A stretch of 28,456 nt of DNA from a virus (Duplodnaviria; Heunggongvirae; Uroviricota; Caudoviricetes), in the IMG/VR virus record IMGVR_UViG_3300021255_004328; one strand, given 5' to 3'. The notes below the pieces were generated by a model. That model made no database searches. It saw nothing but the letters and a program-made list of their open reading frames with translations, and was not told the origin of the DNA. The stretch's first letter is position 1, and each line of letters begins with the position of its first letter. The position numbers and the translations under genes are program-made. Shown here piece after piece: positions 23,340 to 28,456 of this stretch.

Positions 23340-23672
23340 TTACGGCATCTCAAAAATGTCAATTTTTTCAAAGTATTTTGGGTCGTAATTATCGACTAAC
23401 CATTGAATACAGTCTTTAGGCATAAAAACCGCGTCCATTTGCTCCATATACGCTTTATAACTATCAAGGTGCAAACAACCATTATCCCATCTGTCCGCGA
23501 AACGGTCGCCTCTTTCATCATAGATTTTTGTATCATTTGGATTGTCAGGGTCGGGTTTAATTTGCCACCTTAAAGTAAGTATCGACTTATGAGCCCAATC
23601 ATCGCCATAACAGGCTTTCAGGATTTTCGCAAATTCGCTCTGCGGCTCCGTATATCGCGGCATCCCAGTCAT
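23340..23672 (-). CDS. Hypothetical protein, PxFF(D/E)G family
   Basis: Ends VFMPKDCIQWLVDNYDPKYFEKIDIFEMP. The 5' 74 nt overlap the FlgM-like ORF in another frame. Confidence 0.7.
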   Translation of the reverse strand: MTGMPRYTEPQSEFAKILKACYGDDWAHKSILTLRWQIKPDPDNPNDTKIYDERGDRFADRWDNGCLHLDSYKAYMEQMDAVFMPKDCIQWLVDNYDPKYFEKIDIFEMP

Positions 23673-23718
23673 AAGTACCGTCCTTAATTGCTTTCTTAAT
23701 CATTTCAACCTTGCTCAT
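23599..23718 (-). CDS. FlgM-like anti-sigma-factor peptide (39 aa)
   Basis: Not in the ORF track. MSKVEMIKKAIKDGTYDWDAAIYGAAERICENPESLLWR, with TGATG coupling and GGAGG RBS. KVxxIKxAIxxGTYxxD...AERI matches the sigma-binding C-terminal half of FlgM. Confidence 0.65.
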   Translation of the reverse strand: MSKVEMIKKAIKDGTYDWDAAIYGAAERICENPESLLWR

Positions 23719-23939
23719 CAGTTTCCTCCCATAGCTTCTTTGATAAAGCCATATATTTCCTCAACTGTTGCATCAACAAGCAAGTCATTTCCGTTCTGAA
23801 AATAAACCCAACTCTTTTTATCATCGTCCTCATCAGGCTCAATTGCTGTTACCCAAGGCAAGAAAATCAACTTACCGCCGATAAGTAAAATACCTCTTGT
23901 TGGGTCAGTTGATTGAAAAGTACTGGTAAATGGTGGCAT
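23718..23939 (-). CDS. FlbD/SwrD-like small protein
   Basis: VTAIEPD...SWVYFQNGNDLLVDATVEEIYGFI parallels the FlbD IE.IE..PDT.ITL.NG....V.ES.EEV...I pattern. AAGGAG RBS. Confidence 0.5.
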   Translation of the reverse strand: MPPFTSTFQSTDPTRGILLIGGKLIFLPWVTAIEPDEDDDKKSWVYFQNGNDLLVDATVEEIYGFIKEAMGGN

Positions 23940-23961
23940 ATAAATCTCCTTTACAAGAATA

Positions 23962-23969
23962 ATATTAAC
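23962..23969 (-). promoter_or_regulatory. GTTAATAT promoter motif (class II) upstream of the FlbD-like/FlgM-like operon
   Basis: Exact intergenic motif followed by TATTCTTGTAAAGGAG. Confidence 0.6.
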
Positions 23970-24001
23970 TTAAAAACAAATATAAATTTATTCTTATCTT
24001 T

Positions 24002-24037
24002 TCATATTTATTCCCTCCATTATAGTTCAAAAATTCG
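24002..24037 (-). repeat. 36-bp exact repeat, copy 2
   Basis: Identical to 2116..2151. Its ATG opens the minigene ATG AAA AGA TAA (24005-23994). Confidence 0.95.
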
Positions 24038-24040
24038 TTT

Positions 24041-24772
24041 TTACAGTTGAATTTCTTCTGCGCCTTTAAGAATATAAATCCAACCCTTTTCCAAGTTTTC
24101 AGTTGTAGAGTCAATAACTGCATCTTCAACATTTGGACAAACCCAGCCAGTTTTCATATCAACAATATCGTTTCTTGTCAAAGTAACGATTTTTGTTTTT
24201 GTGCCTTTTCCCTTTTTAACTGCAAGGAATGTGTACTGAGGAACTGGGCGGCGCATATTCTGCTTTACAGCAACAATACCGACTTTATTATAACGTTCCC
24301 ATTCATCAGAACCAAAGTCCCAACCTGCAGGCATTTTGTTATTAAAGCCGTTATCTTTAAGTTTTTTGTCTTCGTCTTTTGTTACGAGGCAGACGTGATA
24401 GTACTTATCAAAAAATGCTTTTGCTGTTTCTTCTGACTTTGAAATTTTGTCATAATTTTTCAAAAGGATTTCACTAAGAACCGCACAGGGTACACAATGC
24501 TCCCAAGTTGTATCTGTTCCAAAAACAAGGTCAATCCCATTTGCTTCAGCATCGAGAACTGCTTGTGATTTATATTCAACTGTTACATCTTTTGAATAAA
24601 GACGCTGTGAAGGATAAAGTCCATCAGGATGTACACGATAAGCATACGAACGAATAAGTGAACCAATTTTACTTTCACCTAAAACATCAGCTGATGTCTT
24701 AAGCCAATCAACAAATTCTTTAGCGGGTAAATCACCTGCAAGAGCTTTAGGGTTATATTTCTTTCCTTTCAT
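24041..24772 (-). CDS. Putative HNH / His-Me-finger-like nuclease-fold protein
   Basis: WEHCVP followed by CLVTKDEDKKL...NKMPAGW...DEWERY, an EHxxP beta-beta-alpha-Me-like layout. Confidence 0.45.
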   Translation of the reverse strand: MKGKKYNPKALAGDLPAKEFVDWLKTSADVLGESKIGSLIRSYAYRVHPDGLYPSQRLYSKDVTVEYKSQAVLDAEANGIDLVFGTDTTWEHCVPCAVLSEILLKNYDKISKSEETAKAFFDKYYHVCLVTKDEDKKLKDNGFNNKMPAGWDFGSDEWERYNKVGIVAVKQNMRRPVPQYTFLAVKKGKGTKTKIVTLTRNDIVDMKTGWVCPNVEDAVIDSTTENLEKGWIYILKGAEEIQL

Positions 24773-24785
24773 TTTTTTTTACCTC

Positions 24786-25295
24786 TTAATCGTAATAATC
24801 TGAAACTTCTTCACCGTTCCACAACTGCATTGGTCCACACCAAGAACCTTTGTAATACCCAGGGATATAGAAACCGCCGTCTTTTGCAGGCTTTGCCATA
24901 ATTCTTTTTGGCTGCAGGCATTCACGGTAGTTTGAAACAACTGTAAAGTCATCCCAGAAGTTTTCGTTATTTGCTTTTGCAAGTTTGTGGGCTTCGTCAA
25001 ACTGTTCTCTTGAACCTTTGAGAACATCAAAACCATATTTTTTATTGCAAGCTTTGTAAGCAGCTTCAACATTTTTCAAAGTTTCTTCGTCAGGAAGTTT
25101 GTAAGAATAACCTGTTCCGCCGCCTTCGTGGTCGAAGTGTGTTTGCTTTGACGGCATTTTGATTACAAGTACTGATTTCTTTGAAGTACCAATAACCTTG
25201 AAGAAGGTTGATGAATTGCACCAATGCTGAACCATAATTGTTCCTGCAGGAATATCTTCAGGTGTCTTCAAAGACTTAATATCAAGCTTTTCCAT
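24786..25295 (-). CDS. Hypothetical phage protein
   Basis: Start moved to ATG 25295 with AAGGAG/GGAG RBS. GTIMVQHW...TFFKVIG and terminal LWNGEEVSDYYD recall a common mobile-element family. Confidence 0.8.
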   Translation of the reverse strand: MEKLDIKSLKTPEDIPAGTIMVQHWCNSSTFFKVIGTSKKSVLVIKMPSKQTHFDHEGGGTGYSYKLPDEETLKNVEAAYKACNKKYGFDVLKGSREQFDEAHKLAKANNENFWDDFTVVSNYRECLQPKRIMAKPAKDGGFYIPGYYKGSWCGPMQLWNGEEVSDYYD

Positions 25296-25306
25296 ACTCC
25301 CTCTCC

Positions 25307-25660
25307 TTACTGAAACTGAAAGTAATTTTTCATTGGACGAATCTCGTCGATGTGATCCATATTCAATACAACGTCGTCCCAAACAATAAACTGAGCAGGG
25401 ATTTCTGCGTCTTTTCCTGCAGCCATTAAAGGCTCGATTATTTCCTTACGAACTTTTTCCTGAGCATCTGCAAGGTCATAAGATGGGACGTGTTCTTTTT
25501 CAAAAGCTTTCTGCCATTCAACTTCAGGTTTGTAAGTCATCATTTTTGTAACTTTTCTAAACCTTATCATCCTGAGGCAAGCATCAGCTTCCTCAAAGAT
25601 ACCTGTGCAATAGCCATCAACTGTTCTAAAACTGTAAAGATTACCCTCAGTAATTATCAT
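25307..25660 (-). CDS. Hypothetical protein, possible SH3/Sm-like barrel with a helical insert
   Basis: Start moved to ATG 25660 with AAGGAG RBS. Confidence 0.7.
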   Translation of the reverse strand: MIITEGNLYSFRTVDGYCTGIFEEADACLRMIRFRKVTKMMTYKPEVEWQKAFEKEHVPSYDLADAQEKVRKEIIEPLMAAGKDAEIPAQFIVWDDVVLNMDHIDEIRPMKNYFQFQ

Positions 25661-25670
25661 ATCTGTCTCC

Positions 25671-26156
25671 TTAGTCTTTAAGAAAGTTTTCGATAAGTTC
25701 TTCACGAACCTGAGCAGGAGTCATACCATCGTGAGCAACAGCCCAGTCAGCCCATTCTGCACGGAAGTTTTCTGACCTAAGGTTGTTTGCGATATATTCC
25801 ATACCCTTTTTGATTTCACCAACTGTTGGGAGGTAAACTCCGTTTGAACCGCCTCTTGAAAGAACTTCGTGAACCCAAATACGATGCTTGTAAGAACTGT
25901 AGCCATAGCGGCGATTTGCAAGTTCATAGCGGTCATATTCACGAATATCACAAGAAGCAAGTTTTGCCTCTTCCTTTGTATCAAAAATTGTTCCGCGGCC
26001 TGATCTCTGTGGGAAGAAAGTTCCGTGTTCAAGGCCTTCAGTAATTACATAGGCGTATTCCCAATTTTTCTCTTCTTCCCAAGTTTTGCGAGAAGAGTCG
26101 AATGAGGTCTTAATAACTGCGTATCCGATGAATTGTGAATAATCTTTCTTAGCCAT
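25671..26156 (-). CDS. Hypothetical protein (probable early gene)
   Basis: AAGGAG RBS; class I promoter variant directly upstream. Confidence 0.85.
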   Translation of the reverse strand: MAKKDYSQFIGYAVIKTSFDSSRKTWEEEKNWEYAYVITEGLEHGTFFPQRSGRGTIFDTKEEAKLASCDIREYDRYELANRRYGYSSYKHRIWVHEVLSRGGSNGVYLPTVGEIKKGMEYIANNLRSENFRAEWADWAVAHDGMTPAQVREELIENFLKD

Positions 26157-26176
26157 AATTTACTCCTTACAAATAT

Positions 26177-26205
26177 AATATAAAGTCAGTTTAATGAAAG
26201 TTCAT
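26177..26205 (-). promoter_or_regulatory. Class I promoter variant ATGAAC-N17-TATATT
   Basis: Same 17-nt spacing and downstream ATATTTGTAAGGAG as the other three copies. Confidence 0.65.
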
Positions 26206-26208
26206 TTT

Positions 26209-26216
26209 GTTAATAT
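26209..26216 (+). promoter_or_regulatory. GTTAATAT promoter motif (class II), leaderless geometry
   Basis: GTTAATAT-ATTTTT-ATG(26223), no SD. Confidence 0.7.
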
Positions 26217-26222
26217 ATTTTT

Positions 26223-27143
26223 ATGGGAAAAGATTTATATTCAAAAACAGACAAAAATGAGTTTTTTCCGACTCAAGAATTCCTTAAAAATGAACTTTAT
26301 TCTGAACTTGATAAATACAACTTCAAACTGATTTTAGACCCTTGCTGCGGAGATGGTGGCCTTGAAAAATTTGGACAAGGTTATACTTATGGACTTTATG
26401 ATATTGAAGATCGTGGTGTTAATGCAAAGATTTGTGACTTCTTGAAAGCAGAAGTTGATAGAACATATGACTGTGCAGTAATCAATCCGCCTTTTGGGCT
26501 TACTGTTGAGTTTGTTAATAAAGCAAAAGAGTTTACACAAGACATATTTTTGATTGCACCTGTAAAGACTGTTATCAAAAACTTTGGTGAAAATATAAAA
26601 TGGATTTCAGTCAAAGTTGATTATGGGTATAAGTGTTTCGGCATTATGACAACAGTTGGCTTATTTCATTTGCATTTTAAGGGCACAGGCAACTTTACTT
26701 TCGGGGCAATCAAAAAACCGACTTATGCTGACTTTCTCGGCCCACAAATACCAATTGAAGACTCTTGGGAAACACATTTCTTTGAAGCAGATAAAGCTCC
26801 TGATAAGTTCTTTATTGTTGATAGGTTGACTAAGGCAAGAGTTGTAAGATATGAACAATTTATTAAAGATGATGACTTGTATCAGCCTAATGACGACTCA
26901 GCTTTTATTGCAGTTTGTGGAAATATCAACATTAAAGCAGGTGACAGAGTCAAAAGAAGAATATGTACTTTTGATACTTTTGAGGAAATGAAGGCTTGGC
27001 AGGAGTTTTTCAATTCGCACGAAGAAGAGCTCCGTGATTATATGTATCGTTATGGAGATACAATCTTAAAGTATAAACAAAAACCTTTTATTACCGTTCA
27101 AAATATCGGCGAGATGCAGCAAATACTAAAGGGCGAATGCTAG
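26223..27143 (+). CDS. N6-adenine DNA methyltransferase (gamma-class motif order), orphan
   Basis: EFFPT motif X, SAM-binding LDPCCGDGG and catalytic NPPF, followed by a putative target-recognition region. Confidence 0.88.
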   Translation: MGKDLYSKTDKNEFFPTQEFLKNELYSELDKYNFKLILDPCCGDGGLEKFGQGYTYGLYDIEDRGVNAKICDFLKAEVDRTYDCAVINPPFGLTVEFVNKAKEFTQDIFLIAPVKTVIKNFGENIKWISVKVDYGYKCFGIMTTVGLFHLHFKGTGNFTFGAIKKPTYADFLGPQIPIEDSWETHFFEADKAPDKFFIVDRLTKARVVRYEQFIKDDDLYQPNDDSAFIAVCGNINIKAGDRVKRRICTFDTFEEMKAWQEFFNSHEEELRDYMYRYGDTILKYKQKPFITVQNIGEMQQILKGEC

Positions 27144-27624
27144 GTATAAGTTGTTGAGCATCTCTTAAGGTTGTTCCTGTTGCAATAATGTTATCCACAA
27201 AATAAATTGGTCCTTCAATATCAGCAAGGGCCTCTTTCAACATAATACCTGAAGAAAACTTTGTATCTTTAGTAATCTTTTTAACTTTCTTTTTCATATC
27301 ATATAATGTATCTCTTGGCTCGCAAGATAATACATCAAGAATTACTATGTTGTGAGGATTTATTTTTTCGATTATTTTACAGATTTCGAGAGTGTATTCA
27401 GCTTTACCTGTATGCTGAGGCGCAGGCACAAGAAAGCAGTCTTCATCAATCATTTTTGAAAGTTCAGTTGCCATCTCTTTAATTGCTTCTGGGTCGTGGT
27501 GCTTAACGCCCATAGCAACATCATAAACATAACCTGCTGAATACACATACACCAATTTCCCGTCAAGCGATACTCTTGGTGCATTTTCTTTTGTGTATAT
27601 ATTTACTGCATTTTCAAAACTCAT
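27091..27624 (-). CDS. Phosphoribosyltransferase-fold (ComF-like) protein
   Basis: LVPAP loop and PRPP-binding loop YFVDNIIATGTTL. Confidence 0.82.
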   Translation of the reverse strand: MSFENAVNIYTKENAPRVSLDGKLVYVYSAGYVYDVAMGVKHHDPEAIKEMATELSKMIDEDCFLVPAPQHTGKAEYTLEICKIIEKINPHNIVILDVLSCEPRDTLYDMKKKVKKITKDTKFSSGIMLKEALADIEGPIYFVDNIIATGTTLRDAQQLIPSIRPLVFAASRRYFER

Positions 27625-27630
27625 ATAAAT

Positions 27631-28456
27631 TTAGTTCAAAGCAATCGGCTTTTCTGCTACTGCAATTTGAACATTAAGTCCGTTTGTTTCAAGGAATGCT
27701 TTTAATGCAGTTTGTGCTTCAGAGTCACCGTGAACTAAAATAATCTTTTTAAGTTTTGATTTGTCAATATCTCTCAACCAACGCCACATTTCATTGTAAT
27801 CAGCGTGAGCGGAGAAGCCGTCAATTGATACAACTTCTGCTTTCAATTCGTAATCTTCATCTTCAATCTGAACGACAGGTTCTTGATTGAGAATGCGTCT
27901 ACCCAAAGTGTTTTCAGCCATATAGCCAACAACTACGATTGTGTTTTTAGGATTGCTCAAACCTGTCTTAAGGTGATTGATAACTCTTCCTGCTTCACAC
28001 ATACCGTTTGCTGCAATTATGATACAAGGCTTATCAGTTTTTGCAATTCTTTGTGAGTCCTTGAAGTCAGTAATACAGTGCAAAGATCGAACACTGAACG
28101 GATTTTTACCTTGGCTTACAAACTGCTCAACAATCTTTTTATTAAAACACTCAGGGTGAATGTTGAAAACGCCTGTCGCTGCAGTTGCCATAGGAGAGTC
28201 AACATAAACAGGAACTTTTGGAATTTTCTTATCCCTCATCAAAAGTTTAATGTTGTAAATAATTTCCTGAGCTCTTTCAATCGCAAAAGACGGGATGATA
28301 ACTTTACCGCCTCTTTCGATTGTTTTATTGATAATCTCTTCAAGCTGTGTGTAACAAACTTCAGAAGACTGATGCAAACGGTTACCGTATGTACTTTCCA
28401 TCACAATGTAATCAGGCGCAGGCATACAAGTTTCAGGCTCATTTGTAATTGGATTT
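27631..28456 (-). CDS. Metallo-beta-lactamase / beta-CASP ribonuclease (Ysh1-like), 5' end beyond the window
   Basis: MESTYGNRLH, IPSFAIERAQE, YVDSPMA, ANGMCEAGR, VGYMAENTLGR, GFSAHAD and LVHGD. The frame is open to the right edge. Confidence 0.93.
   Translation of the reverse strand, partial: NPITNEPETCMPAPDYIVMESTYGNRLHQSSEVCYTQLEEIINKTIERGGKVIIPSFAIERAQEIIYNIKLLMRDKKIPKVPVYVDSPMATAATGVFNIHPECFNKKIVEQFVSQGKNPFSVRSLHCITDFKDSQRIAKTDKPCIIIAANGMCEAGRVINHLKTGLSNPKNTIVVVGYMAENTLGRRILNQEPVVQIEDEDYELKAEVVSIDGFSAHADYNEMWRWLRDIDKSKLKKIILVHGDSEAQTALKAFLETNGLNVQIAVAEKPIALN

Noticed and set aside
27631-28456. MBL protein as anti-Pycsar Apyc1
   Set aside because: It carries a full beta-CASP domain and RNA-processing C-terminal motifs, which the stand-alone Apyc1 fold lacks.
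1-28456. Stop-codon reassignment, as in some large gut phages
   Set aside because: Conserved genes (terL, ligase, AAA, clamp) are intact in the standard code, and TAA, TGA and TAG all end genes at sensible, often coupled, boundaries.
1-28456. tRNA, tmRNA or rRNA genes
   Set aside because: No intergenic gap shows a T-loop (GTTCRA) cloverleaf. The gaps are accounted for by promoters, terminators and small ORFs.

Overview
This AT-rich, densely coded window is part of a large (probably jumbo-class) tailed phage genome in the standard genetic code. I found no tRNA, CRISPR array, integrase or IS element. A plus-strand core block (2181-8621) encodes a beta-type sliding clamp, a divergent sigma70-family factor, a short capsid-protein-like ORF, a probable neck protein and the terminase large subunit. 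The rest is almost all minus-strand accessory genes: CYTH enzyme, MazG-like pyrophosphatase, Hsp20, UvsY-like and FTR-like proteins, Rnl5-type RNA ligase, AAA ATPase, metallophosphoesterase, short NAD-dependent DNA ligase, HNH-like protein, PRTase and a beta-CASP RNase. An adenine methyltransferase sits alone on the plus strand. The strongest candidate for an undescribed system is a coupled pair at 23599-23939: a FlbD/SwrD-like protein and a 39-aa FlgM-like anti-sigma peptide that the ORF track missed. Together they suggest a cassette for manipulating host motility or sigma factors. Also visible are a family of at least 7 divergent paralogues sharing one C-terminal motif, two promoter classes (TTAAAC-N17-TATATT, and GTTAATAT, which often drives leaderless genes or abuts terminators), an exact 36-bp duplicated promoter-RBS-minigene element, and a structured Hsp20 leader. 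All protein assignments come from motif recognition by eye; no database search was run.
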